Shown: positions 36,119-47,194 of the stretch, piece by piece
Layout of the letters: each line of letters starts with the position of its first letter
Position numbering within the stretch: position 1 is the stretch's first letter
Source of the DNA: Acidobacteriota bacterium
Lineage (GTDB): Bacteria; Acidobacteriota; Thermoanaerobaculia; Multivoradales; JAHZIX01
DNA: 64,000 nucleotides
NCBI GenBank assembly: GCA_039191605.1
Contig: JBCCXL010000019.1
Span: 67,102-131,101 of the forward strand
Direction: 5' to 3'
Program-made: the position numbers and the translations under genes
The notes under the pieces: generated by a model
Seen by the model: the letters and a program-made list of their open reading frames with translations, nothing else
The model's database searches: none
Told to the model about the DNA's origin: nothing

Positions 36119-36679
36119 ATGACGACCCCTCGTATTCCCTCCACCCAGCGACTGCTGAAGGCCAGCGCCATCGCCCTCGGCGTTCTCGCCCTGGCGCTCA
36201 CCCTGATCCCCGGCACCTCTCTCTTCGCCCAACCTTCCGAGGGCGCCTTCTTCGACGGTCAGCGCGGCCCCGGTGGCGGCTTCGGCGAAAATCTCGCCGA
36301 GTACCTCGACCTCACCGAGGAGCAGATCGCGGCGGTCCAGCAGATTCGCTCCGACGCCCAAGCCACATCCCAGCCGATTCGCGAGGAGCAGCGAGCGCTG
36401 CGAGACCAGCTGCGGGACCTGCTGGATTCCGACGCTCCCGACGCCACCACCGTCGGCGAGACGGTGATCGCCGCCCGGGCGCTCGGTGAGCAGCTGAAGG
36501 GAATCGCCGAAGGAGCCCGCAGCGACATGGAAGCGCTGCTGACGCCAGAGCAGCTGGAGGCCTGGGAGACCCTTCAGGACATTCGCGGCATCTTCTCCGA
36601 TCGCGGCGATCGCGGCCCCCGAGGCCCCGGTGCCCAAGGGCCCCGAGCCCGCGGCCCCCGCGGCGGCGGCCGCGGCTGA
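36119..36679 (+). CDS. periplasmic Spy/CpxP-family (LTxxQ motif) protein with Gly/Arg-rich C-terminal tail
   Basis: RBS aaggag. Signal peptide. Two LTxxQ-type motifs (LDLTEEQIAAV and LLTPEQLEAW). Confidence 0.6.
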   Translation: MTTPRIPSTQRLLKASAIALGVLALALTLIPGTSLFAQPSEGAFFDGQRGPGGGFGENLAEYLDLTEEQIAAVQQIRSDAQATSQPIREEQRALRDQLRDLLDSDAPDATTVGETVIAARALGEQLKGIAEGARSDMEALLTPEQLEAWETLQDIRGIFSDRGDRGPRGPGAQGPRARGPRGGGRG

Positions 36680-36775
36680 GCGAAAGACGCTCCTTAATTC
36701 AACCAGCTAAGCAGAACCGACTGGTTAGATACCGACTAGCCACGATCGATAGCCCCACGACAACCGATAGAATGA

Positions 36776-36800
36776 GCCCGCGCTTCGGCGCGGGCTTTCG
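36776..36800 (+). terminator. GC hairpin (gcccgcgc-ttcg-gcgcgggc) + tttcg, candidate terminator after the Spy-like gene
   Basis: Perfect 8-bp stem and tetraloop, with a short U-tract. Confidence 0.4.
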
Positions 36801-36883
36801 CGTTATGGGAGATCCGCGCCCCGCGCGATACCCTGAAACCCAACCCGCCACCATCCCGAGTCAACCCCAGGAGCCCTCATCTC

Positions 36884-38320
36884 ATGCACCGATCCGACGC
36901 CTTGGCCTCGTCCAGCCCAGCGGGTGCTCAGCGGGCCCTCCTCGCGCTCCTCGTTCTCCTCCCCTTCGCGCTGCTGCCGGCCGCAGCCCAATCCGGTGCG
37001 ACTGCGCAGGAAAGCTCGCAGCAGTCGGCTTCGGCCGCGATTCAGGAATCGGCTGAAGAAGCCATATCCCAGGCTCCGGAACAGCCTTCAGGGCAGACTT
37101 CTGAACAGAGCGCCGAGGATTCCCCGGGAGCTGCGGAGCAGGAGCTCCAGGACAACGCTGCCGGCACGGATGGCGCCGACGGTACCGACGATGCCGACAG
37201 TGCCGAGTCGCCCTCCCCCAAAACGGCCCAAGTAGAAGCTGGCGAATACGGCAGCGTGTTCAGCGCCGTCGACAGCTATCTTCAGGCCCTGCAAGAGGGC
37301 GGCGCGAGCGCCGAGAACGAGGGCGAGAGCGACGGCCCGCCGGAGGCACAGCCCCAGGATGATGCCGAGGCGCAAGCCGAAGAGCGGGAAGCCCAGCGGC
37401 GACGGGCCGCAGCGACGGCGCTGGAAGACCGGGTTCTGCTGCTGGTACGGGATGGGGACGTAGTGGCCCGAGGGCGCTACGGCCTCTACGACGAGCATCA
37501 CGTGCTGCCCCTGGGGTCGGCGTCCCGCTGGCTCACGGCGCTGGTGATTCTCAAGCTCGCGGATCAAGGCTCCCTGGAGCTGGACGATCCCCTGGTGCGC
37601 TTCTTTCCCTCCGTCGCCGAGGATCAAACCGGGATCACCGTCGCTCAGCTGCTCACCGACACCTCCGGCATCAGCCCCAGCCATCCCTGCCTCGCTCTCC
37701 CCGACGCTGCCCTCGACCAGTGCGCGACCTCGATCCTGCAGCAGCCCCTCTCCGCCCCTCCGGGCCGGGAGCTGCGCCGTAGCGCAGCGGCCTACCAGGT
37801 GCTCGGCCGCATTGCCGAGCTCGCCGCCGCTGCTCCCTGGGGCACGGTGGTGAACCGCACCCTGACGGCACCGCTGGAGCTTCAGGAGCTGCGCTGGGAA
37901 GAGGGCGGCAATCCCTCCATCGCCAGCGGTGCCCGCGCCAGCGCCAGCGATCTGGCGACGGTGCTCCAGGCTCTCCAGGGCGACGCGTGGCTGAGCGAAG
38001 AAGGCCGCCAGCGGCTGCTGGACACCACCGCCCCCCGCGCCGAGGCGGTGGCCGATCCCCTCTCCTCCGGCGAACCCGGCGCCGGACTGCGCTGGGCTAG
38101 CGTACCGGCCCCCGCCGGCCAGCGGGGCACCACCCTAGAAGGGGTGATCAACGGCACCTTCGGCTCACAGCTCTGGCTCGATCCGGAGCGCAGCATCGCC
38201 GGTGTGCTGGCCACCATCGCCGCCCCGGAGACCGCAGCGGAGGTCGCCGACGTCGCCCGCCAGGCCTTCCGTGAGCATCTCGACTCGGCCTTGGAAGAGA
38301 GCGCCGCGGACGCCCGCTGA
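36884..38320 (+). CDS. beta-lactamase-related serine hydrolase family protein with a long acidic low-complexity N-terminal region
   Basis: Signal peptide. About 170 aa of Q/S/A/E/D-rich low complexity, then a region resembling the beta-lactamase/PBP-like fold (...LPLGSASRWLTALVILKL...). The expected SxxK motif appears as SASR. Confidence 0.55.
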   Translation: MHRSDALASSSPAGAQRALLALLVLLPFALLPAAAQSGATAQESSQQSASAAIQESAEEAISQAPEQPSGQTSEQSAEDSPGAAEQELQDNAAGTDGADGTDDADSAESPSPKTAQVEAGEYGSVFSAVDSYLQALQEGGASAENEGESDGPPEAQPQDDAEAQAEEREAQRRRAAATALEDRVLLLVRDGDVVARGRYGLYDEHHVLPLGSASRWLTALVILKLADQGSLELDDPLVRFFPSVAEDQTGITVAQLLTDTSGISPSHPCLALPDAALDQCATSILQQPLSAPPGRELRRSAAAYQVLGRIAELAAAAPWGTVVNRTLTAPLELQELRWEEGGNPSIASGARASASDLATVLQALQGDAWLSEEGRQRLLDTTAPRAEAVADPLSSGEPGAGLRWASVPAPAGQRGTTLEGVINGTFGSQLWLDPERSIAGVLATIAAPETAAEVADVARQAFREHLDSALEESAADAR

Positions 38321-38633
38321 GGGAGCGCCGGAACCCCTCCCCACGGCTGAAACGTTGGCGCTTCCCCTACAACAAGCCATCGGCCGTCACCCTCACCCTC
38401 ACCACCGAGGCGATTGGGGTCGAGCCGCCACCGCGACGCCTCTCTCGTCGCAGCCCCCTTGGGCGCGGCTCATTAGGCTCAGATTGGCCTGATCCTCAGG
38501 GGCGTCCGCGGATTCTCTGCGTTGGCTACCGTCTAACAAAACAAAGACTCAGCCGAAACAACGCTAGCCATACGAGGCCTAGCCACTGCCCCCCCGGCCT
38601 CCGAGCCTGCCCCAAAAAACAAAGGAGAACCGC

Positions 38634-40283
<1,650 letters not shown>

Positions 40284-40462
40284 GGATCGAATCAGCGCCG
40301 GTCCGAGACGGGGCCCTCGAGCCCTCGCCCCGGGCCTGACTCTCTACGCCCGCATTCCCTGCCTTCGAGGGGGAGGCGGGCGTTTTTCTCTTGCGCTGCC
40401 GCGAACCCGCCGGGCCGCAAGAGGGGACCGCAACCATCGACGACTGTTATACTTCAACGCCC

Positions 40463-41023
40463 ATGTCGCGCCGTCTCTTCATGATTCGCAATGCGCCGGC
40501 GGAAAACGCCGAAGCGTATGCCCTCTTCGAGGATGGAGAGGACTCCCTGCGCCCCCTCTCCCCCCACGGCGAGGAGTTGATGCAGCGAACCGCGCCGTGG
40601 ATTGCTCGGCAGCTCGGCAGCTCGGCGGTGATCTGCTGTAGCCCTGCCCTTCGCACCCGGCACAGCGCCGAGATTCTCTGCGCCGCGATGCCCGAAGGAT
40701 CGTCGGCAGCCTCTCCGAACCTCATGCCGGAGCTCGCCCCGGCAGAGCCAGCGATGAGCGCCCTCAGAGCACTGCATCGATTCAAAAAGGCCGAGACCAT
40801 CGCCCTGGTGGGGCATGAAGAATCCCTCACCAAGCTCTCGTCGTGGCTCATCAGCGGCACCGAGAAGCCCCTCTTGGCGGTCCCGGAAGGTGGCATTTGT
40901 CAGCTCACCTTCAAGGCAGACCTCCAGGCCGGAGCCGGCAAACTACAGTGGTTCCTGCCCCCCGACCTGATCGACAAGCTGGCCTCCTGCGAGGCGCTCA
41001 CTACCCCTGGAGCCGCCAGCTGA
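40463..41023 (+). CDS. histidine-phosphatase superfamily protein, SixA-like (phosphohistidine phosphatase); catalytic RHG motif altered
   Basis: MSRRLFMIRNAP...LRPLSPHGEE...IALVGHEESL aligns with the SixA pattern, but reads RNA where SixA has RHG. Confidence 0.45.
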   Translation: MSRRLFMIRNAPAENAEAYALFEDGEDSLRPLSPHGEELMQRTAPWIARQLGSSAVICCSPALRTRHSAEILCAAMPEGSSAASPNLMPELAPAEPAMSALRALHRFKKAETIALVGHEESLTKLSSWLISGTEKPLLAVPEGGICQLTFKADLQAGAGKLQWFLPPDLIDKLASCEALTTPGAAS

Positions 41024-41088
41024 TCGACTTGCCCGCCCAATGAATCATTTTCTCTTTTCCATTCGTTGTTCCTACTGAGGGTCCCTCG

Positions 41089-42396
41089 ATGATCAAGCTT
41101 CCCCCCTTTCCCAAAGATCCCAGACGGCGAGCCAACGCTCGTCACCCTTTCCAGCTGCTGCTCCCCATCGCCGCCGCCGTCGTAGCCCTGCTGTGGACCC
41201 CGCTCCCCAGCGAGGCCCAGGAACAGAGCACCCTGCTCTTGGCCTTTAAGAATCGGGAAGGCCGGACGGTCAGCGGCCTGCTGATGGACATCGACTCCCC
41301 CAGCGGCTGCGTGGTGGAGATCGCCGACAGCGGGCCCTTTCCGCTGTGGGCCGGCGATCGCCGTACACTACGCCTCTACAACGGCCGCTTGGGCAGCGGT
41401 CGGAGCCTGCGGGTGCAGGTGGTCCACAATTGCGTCCAGGCGCCAACGGTGCAGGAGTGGTGGTGGATCGACAGCGACGGTGATCGCATCGGCGTGAAGA
41501 AAAAGGTCCCCCAGGACGCCGAGGACAAAGTGTCGGTGATCTCCGTCTTCGAAGAGGGAGTCGGAACCTACGGGCTCGCCTTCACCCTTCCTTCCGGAAG
41601 CGTCGAGCTCACCCTGCCTCAGGACCTGGTCGCCGGTGAGCGCATCAGCGGACGGGTGGCCTACCAAGTGGCCAGCGGCGGCGATGTGGACGACAACCGC
41701 CAGGCGATCGCTCGGGTCGCTGTGGAGGTCGCCGGCCGGTCCCTGGCACCGGGCAGCGGCCGCTGGTCCCTGGAGCTACCCGAAGACGGCTCTTCGGGCA
41801 TCGTCGAAGTCACGCTGTGGGATGCCCGGGGCATGCTTCTGGCCGCCAACGCCGCGCCCCTTGCGGCTCAGCTAGAAGCACCTTCGGACGCCTTTCTGCT
41901 GCCGCGACTGAGCCAGGCGGGCCAGCCGTTCCGCATTCTTGGACCCTTCGATGGCAACAGCGACAATACCCAGATCAACCTCGGCGGCAACAGCGCCCTG
42001 GTGCTGGCGGAAACTCTCCGAGGCCTGGTGGTCCAGGCTCCTAACGCCCCCATCGGCGGAGCGGATCTAGAGATCCGCGAGGCCGATATCGTCGCCGCCG
42101 GAGACCTGCGAAACGTCTCCATCGATGTGCGCTCGACGAAGAGCACCATCGACGTCGGCGAGCGCCTCCAGCTCAGCATCGCCATCGCCGGGCTCGAGGG
42201 CTTACAGCAGGCCTTCGATGTTCACGTGCTCAACCGAACGGTGGGTCTTGCCCACTTCCTCGAGATGGAGCGCGCCTTCGATCTCACCATCTCCCCAGAG
42301 GTGGTGGTGGACGGAGCCTACGCTCACCCCATCACTCTGGAGGGCAGCCGCGGAGGCAGTTTCGAGATTCAGGCGGAGCTCGGCGGCCTGCGCTGA
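41089..42396 (+). CDS. secreted hypothetical protein (435 aa)
   Basis: Signal peptide ...LLLPIAAAVVALLWTPLPSEAQEQ. Beta-rich composition. No family recognised. Confidence 0.55.
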   Translation: MIKLPPFPKDPRRRANARHPFQLLLPIAAAVVALLWTPLPSEAQEQSTLLLAFKNREGRTVSGLLMDIDSPSGCVVEIADSGPFPLWAGDRRTLRLYNGRLGSGRSLRVQVVHNCVQAPTVQEWWWIDSDGDRIGVKKKVPQDAEDKVSVISVFEEGVGTYGLAFTLPSGSVELTLPQDLVAGERISGRVAYQVASGGDVDDNRQAIARVAVEVAGRSLAPGSGRWSLELPEDGSSGIVEVTLWDARGMLLAANAAPLAAQLEAPSDAFLLPRLSQAGQPFRILGPFDGNSDNTQINLGGNSALVLAETLRGLVVQAPNAPIGGADLEIREADIVAAGDLRNVSIDVRSTKSTIDVGERLQLSIAIAGLEGLQQAFDVHVLNRTVGLAHFLEMERAFDLTISPEVVVDGAYAHPITLEGSRGGSFEIQAELGGLR

Positions 42397-42505
42397 ATGC
42401 CTGCCGTGAGAGCCTGCCGTGAGAGCCTGAACTCAGCCTCCCCCGCGGCAGCGGTCCCGCCTCCAGCCTGCTAACTCCAGAAGCCCCCCAGGAGGCCAGC
42501 CCGCC

Positions 42506-43477
42506 ATGAGTAAGGTTCTCATCGCCTGCAAGAGCTGCCAGCGGCGCCTCGACGCCACCGGCCATCCTCCGGGAACCGTGCTTCGCTGCGTCTGCTCCGC
42601 GGAGGTGATCCTGCCTCCGCCCCACCGCGACGAGGCGGAGGTGGTGCGCTGCTCCAACTGCGGCGGCCCTCGCCAGGAAGGCGCCCAGCGCTGCCCTTAT
42701 TGTCGGGCGGACTACACCCTCCACGAGCAGAATTTGGACACCCTGTGTCCGGTCTGCTTTCACCGCGTCTCTCAAAGCGCCCGGTACTGCCACCACTGCG
42801 GGATCCCGACGCTGCGGGACCAAACCACCGAGATCACCGAGCATCAATGCCCCGCCTGTGACGAGGAAAGCTGGCTGCGAAGCCGGCCACTGAGCTCTCC
42901 CAACGCTACTAGCGGCGAGGCGAGCCCACAGGCTTCGGCTGCCTCCCTCTCGGCTCTGGAATGCCCCCACTGCGCGGGGCTCTGGCTCTCCGCCGAGGCC
43001 TTCCGCCTGCTGGAGGAGCGAGCCTTGCAGACTACGGCTCCGCTACCCGATCTAGCGCAGAGAAAAGCTTCCACGACCCTCTCTGGAGCTCCAGCGCGGG
43101 GGACGGCAAACTTTGGCAGTGGTGGACGAGCCTATCGCCCATGCATCCACTGCGGTCGGCTGATGAATCGTCGCAACTATGGCCGCGGCAGCAGCGTGGT
43201 GATCGACAGCTGTAAGGAACACGGGGCCTGGTTCGACTTCGAAGAGCTGGCCAAGATTCTCGTCTGGCTGCGCCAAGGCGGTGCTCAGCGGCAGCGCTGG
43301 AAGGAAGGGGAGATGGCTCGGGAAGAAGAGAGGAGGAGGCGCTCCCTCGCCGAGGTCGAAGTCCCCCGAGGCATGTTTTCGAAAGCAGACTCCGGAACAA
43401 ACACGATGGACGTGCTCGGCGACTTTCTTGATATCACCTCGTTGATCGGTAGCCTGACGTCCAGTCTCTTCGATTGA
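42506..43477 (+). CDS. multi-zinc-ribbon protein (about 4 CxxC pairs N-terminally, two TFIIB-type zinc-finger-like repeats C-terminally)
   Basis: CKSCQ...CVC, CSNCG...CPYC, CPVC...CHHC and CPAC. Then LECPHCAGLWLSAEAF and CIHCGRLMNRRNYG...CKEHGAWFDFEELAKI (CPxC...W.D..EL pattern). Confidence 0.6.
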   Translation: MSKVLIACKSCQRRLDATGHPPGTVLRCVCSAEVILPPPHRDEAEVVRCSNCGGPRQEGAQRCPYCRADYTLHEQNLDTLCPVCFHRVSQSARYCHHCGIPTLRDQTTEITEHQCPACDEESWLRSRPLSSPNATSGEASPQASAASLSALECPHCAGLWLSAEAFRLLEERALQTTAPLPDLAQRKASTTLSGAPARGTANFGSGGRAYRPCIHCGRLMNRRNYGRGSSVVIDSCKEHGAWFDFEELAKILVWLRQGGAQRQRWKEGEMAREEERRRRSLAEVEVPRGMFSKADSGTNTMDVLGDFLDITSLIGSLTSSLFD

Positions 43478-43629
43478 GACTCGCCCCTTCCCCCATCCAT
43501 TAGCTCGCTATCGACGGATTCTTCGGAGACGAGGGGGCACGCCCCGCGCGAGTCGCGGCAAATCGAATCGCTCTCCCCTCGCTACGCCTTCTTCTTCAGC
43601 TACGGAGAGAAGAGCTTCCTGAGAATCCC

Positions 43630-44232
43630 ATGGACAACTATTACGATCCCTCCCCCCTGCTCGTCCTGCGGCGCCCCCTCACCCTGGTGAGCTATCCGGA
43701 AGCCGGTCATCGCATGGTGGGCTATCAGCTCGCCGCCCGCACCGGGCTCCCCTTCGTCGATCTCGATCGCGCGACGGAACACGAGGCGGGGATGAACCAG
43801 TGGCAGGTGTTGCAAGAGCACGGGGAAGAGGGTCTCCGGCAGCTAGAGATCCGCAGCCTCGATCGCGCCCTGCGGCAGCCCCTTCCGGCGATCATCTCCC
43901 TGGGCGATCGAACGCTGATGCATGCGCCAAATCTCGAGAGGGTGCTCGCGGAATCGGATCTCGTCTACCTGCACTTCGATCTGGCGAATTACTACTGGCA
44001 CCTGCGAAAGCTAGAAGAGAGCCGCGGCCGCCTCACCCACCCCTTCCTACCCCACCCGCTGGACTCCATCGACGCCCTGCGGCCGGTGGTCGACGCCAGA
44101 GCTCCGGGCTTTCAGCGAGCTCCTCACCGCCAAGAGCTGGCGGGGCAGCATCCGGCGAAGATTGCGCAACGCCTCCAGAGGGAGCTTTTGCCGCTCCTCA
44201 GCACCACCGCCGTAGGCGCTCTAAACCCCTGA
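43630..44232 (+). CDS. shikimate-kinase-like / NMP-kinase-fold protein with degenerate P-loop
   Basis: LVSYPEAGHRMVGYQLAARTGLPFVDLD resembles the shikimate kinase N terminus, but GxxGxGKS is replaced by PEAGHRMV. Confidence 0.35.
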   Translation: MDNYYDPSPLLVLRRPLTLVSYPEAGHRMVGYQLAARTGLPFVDLDRATEHEAGMNQWQVLQEHGEEGLRQLEIRSLDRALRQPLPAIISLGDRTLMHAPNLERVLAESDLVYLHFDLANYYWHLRKLEESRGRLTHPFLPHPLDSIDALRPVVDARAPGFQRAPHRQELAGQHPAKIAQRLQRELLPLLSTTAVGALNP

Positions 44233-44476
44233 CTTCGCGGGGGTTTAACCGCTTCGCCACAGGGCCGTCACAAGGATCTGTGGAAACCTTGACGGCGAGT
44301 CTCCCTTCGGGTTTGCGCCGGACTACCGCCATAACCAATAAATTCATTAGAATCAAACACTTAAGAAGATTGCACAAAGCATTGTTCAATGCGTAGAAAG
44401 GGCAGTAGAACCGCCACTTTGCTGTCATTTCACCAGGGTTCTCCACAGAGTTTTCCACAGGAGCTGTGGAGAACGC

Positions 44477-45178
44477 ATGCTATCGTCCCCGGTCATGAGC
44501 GATACCCGGATCTTCGTCGTGGAAGACGAGCCCGACATTGCCGAAGTGCTGCAGTCCAATCTCGAACGAGAGGGCTTTGGAGTCTCGGTTTTTAATCGTG
44601 GAGACGCCGCGCTGGAGGCGATTCGCCAGACTCCCCCCAGCCTGATTCTGCTCGATCTGATGCTCCCCGGACTCGATGGCCTCGACCTCGCCAAGCTGCT
44701 CAAGCAGGAGAAGAGCACGGCGCGGATCCCGGTGGTGATGCTCACCGCCAAAGATGAAGAGGTGGACCGCATCGTCGGCTTGGAGCTGGGGGCCGATGAC
44801 TACATCAGCAAGCCCTTCAGCCCGCGGGAGGTGATGCTGCGCATCAAGGCGGTGCTACGCCGCGCCCCGCAGCCGCGAGAGGAGAAGGAGCTGCTGGAAG
44901 TCGGCGGGATCCGCCTCGACATCCCGGGCCATCAGCTCTTCGTCCGCGACAAGGCCCGCTCCCTCACCGCGACGGAATTCCGCTTGCTCAAGGTCTTGAT
45001 GGAGCGCGCTGGGCGGGTGCAGACCCGGGGACGGCTGCTGGCGGATGTTTGGGGCTACGCAGAGGAAGTAGACAGCCGCACCGTCGATACCCACATTCGC
45101 CGGCTTCGCCGCAAGCTAGAAGGAGAGTCTGGCCGGATCGAAACGGTCGTCGGCGTCGGCTATCGCCTGCGGACCTGA
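44477..45178 (+). CDS. OmpR/PhoB-family response regulator (receiver + winged helix)
   Basis: RIFVVEDEPDIAEVL...LILLDLMLPGLDGLDL...YISKPFSPREVMLRIKAVLRR. C-terminal wHTH (GYRL). Confidence 0.85.
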   Translation: MLSSPVMSDTRIFVVEDEPDIAEVLQSNLEREGFGVSVFNRGDAALEAIRQTPPSLILLDLMLPGLDGLDLAKLLKQEKSTARIPVVMLTAKDEEVDRIVGLELGADDYISKPFSPREVMLRIKAVLRRAPQPREEKELLEVGGIRLDIPGHQLFVRDKARSLTATEFRLLKVLMERAGRVQTRGRLLADVWGYAEEVDSRTVDTHIRRLRRKLEGESGRIETVVGVGYRLRT

Positions 45179-45229
45179 AGGTCCTCGGTGCCGCGCCCCC
45201 GGATTCGATCCTGAGTCGAGCTTTCCGCT

Positions 45230-47149
45230 ATGGGTTTCCTACCTTCCTTTCGCATTCGACTGACTTCTTTATGGCCTGCGCTCTCCGCCCTGGCGGCGGC
45301 GACGCTGCTGCTGTGGTGGCAGCTGCCGTCCACCTTGGGAGGCGTCGCCACCGAGCAGATGCTCGCTACCGCCAGGGCCCACGCCAATATGGTGCGTACC
45401 TTCGACGGCCTCGAAGGGCCGCAGCTTCAGGTCGCCCTGCAGCGCCTGGTGGCGGGCCAATCTCAGCAGCTGACCCTCATCGCCGCCGACGGTAGGGTGC
45501 TCGCCGACAGCAGCAAGACCTACGACGGTCTGCTGGCGATGGAGAACCTCGGCCTCGAGCCCGAGGTTGCCCAGGCTCGTCAATGGGGCTCCGGCACCGC
45601 CGTTCGTCAACGTCCCCAGGATCACGCCGACCACGCCTTCGCCGCCATCGAGATCTTCACCCAGGCCGGTGAGCGCCGAGTGCTGCGGGTTTCCCAGCCG
45701 CTGGGTCAGCTGCGCACCGTTCGGCAGAGCCTCGCCCGCGCCATGGCCGGGGCCACCACCGTCGGCCTGCTGGTGATCGCCCTGGTCTCTTGGTACCTGG
45801 ATCGCCGCTTCTTCCGGCCCATGACCCGAATCATCGACGGCGCCGGCGAGCTCGCCGGCGGCGATCTGGCGGCCCGGATCCGCCCACCGCGCCAGAGCGA
45901 TCTCGGCCGCCTCGCCGGCGTCCTCAATCATCTCGCCTCGCGCCTCCAGGCCCAGGTGGGCGAGCTTCAGGGGGAACGCAACCAGCTTCGGGCGATCCTC
46001 TCCTCGATGTCCGAAGGGGTGCTGGTCACCGACTCCGACGGTCGCGCGCTGCTGGCCAATCCGGCCTTCCTTCACCTCTTCGGCCATACCGGTTCCATCC
46101 GCGGCTGGAGACCGCTGGAGATCTCCCGCCAGCCGGACCTCGACCAGGTGATCCGCTTCACCCTCGCCGACGGGGCAGAATCAGTGCATCAGCGCCAGCT
46201 ACGCACCCCGGAGGAACGCTCGGTGGTGCTCACCGCCGGCGCGCTGAAGGGAAGCGGCGGCGTGGTGGTGGTGGCCCGCGATGTCACCGAAGAAGATCGC
46301 ACCATGACCATGCGGCGGGAATTCGTCGCCAACGTCTCCCACGAGCTCAAAACTCCTCTCTCGGCGATCCGCGGTTATGCCGAAACCCTGGAGGACTGGG
46401 CGCTGGAGGACCCCGAGACCTCGCAGCGCTACCTCGGCCGGATCCTCGCCCAATGCCAGCGCCTCCAGCTGCTGCTGGATGACCTCTTGACCCTCTCTCG
46501 CCTGGAGGGCACCGCCGAAGCACCGCGCCTCGAGCTGATCGATCTCGAAGCCCTCACCTACCAGGCCCGGGAGCTGGTCTCCGCCGCCGCCCAAGATCGC
46601 AAAGTAGAGATTCTCATCGAGCCCCACGGCTCCCTGCCTCAGATCGAGGGGATCTACAACGACCTCGAGCGGATGCTGGTGAACCTGCTGGAGAACGCGG
46701 TGAAGTACAACCACCCAGGGGGCGAGGTCTTCGTTCGACTCGACATCGAGGACGAGGATGTCGTGCTGGAGGTCGAGGACACCGGCATCGGAATCCCCCA
46801 CGAAGCCCTACCCCGCATTTTCGAGCGCTTCTTTCGAGTCGACTCGGGGCGCGCCCGTACCCAGGGCGGGACTGGCCTCGGCCTCTCCATCGTCAAACAT
46901 ATCGCTCAGGGTCACGGCGGCACGGTCGAGGTGGAGAGCGTCACCGGAGAAGGCTCCACCTTCCGAGTGTTCCTCCCCTGGAAGGCCGAGGATCCAGAAA
47001 ACACCGGGTTCGTGAACCAAGGCGGCAACGGGAAAAGCCTCGGCCCGAACGATCCGCGGGAATCTAGCCCCCGGCTCCACCGGCGCGCCACCTCGGACCC
47101 TCGACTCGGCTACGGCATGGCTCGGGTCACCGCCGCTCGACGACGTTAA
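45230..47149 (+). CDS. sensor histidine kinase, PhoR-like (TM, HAMP, PAS, HisKA, HATPase_c)
   Basis: H-box FVANVSHELKTPLSAIRGY. N, G1 and G2 boxes (NLLENAVKYN, GTGLGLSIVKHIAQGHGG). PAS region. Immediately downstream of the response regulator. Confidence 0.85.
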   Translation: MGFLPSFRIRLTSLWPALSALAAATLLLWWQLPSTLGGVATEQMLATARAHANMVRTFDGLEGPQLQVALQRLVAGQSQQLTLIAADGRVLADSSKTYDGLLAMENLGLEPEVAQARQWGSGTAVRQRPQDHADHAFAAIEIFTQAGERRVLRVSQPLGQLRTVRQSLARAMAGATTVGLLVIALVSWYLDRRFFRPMTRIIDGAGELAGGDLAARIRPPRQSDLGRLAGVLNHLASRLQAQVGELQGERNQLRAILSSMSEGVLVTDSDGRALLANPAFLHLFGHTGSIRGWRPLEISRQPDLDQVIRFTLADGAESVHQRQLRTPEERSVVLTAGALKGSGGVVVVARDVTEEDRTMTMRREFVANVSHELKTPLSAIRGYAETLEDWALEDPETSQRYLGRILAQCQRLQLLLDDLLTLSRLEGTAEAPRLELIDLEALTYQARELVSAAAQDRKVEILIEPHGSLPQIEGIYNDLERMLVNLLENAVKYNHPGGEVFVRLDIEDEDVVLEVEDTGIGIPHEALPRIFERFFRVDSGRARTQGGTGLGLSIVKHIAQGHGGTVEVESVTGEGSTFRVFLPWKAEDPENTGFVNQGGNGKSLGPNDPRESSPRLHRRATSDPRLGYGMARVTAARRR

Positions 47150-47194
47150 AGAAAGGCGCGCTGAAGAGGGCTACCGTCAGGAGCTCGTTCTCGC

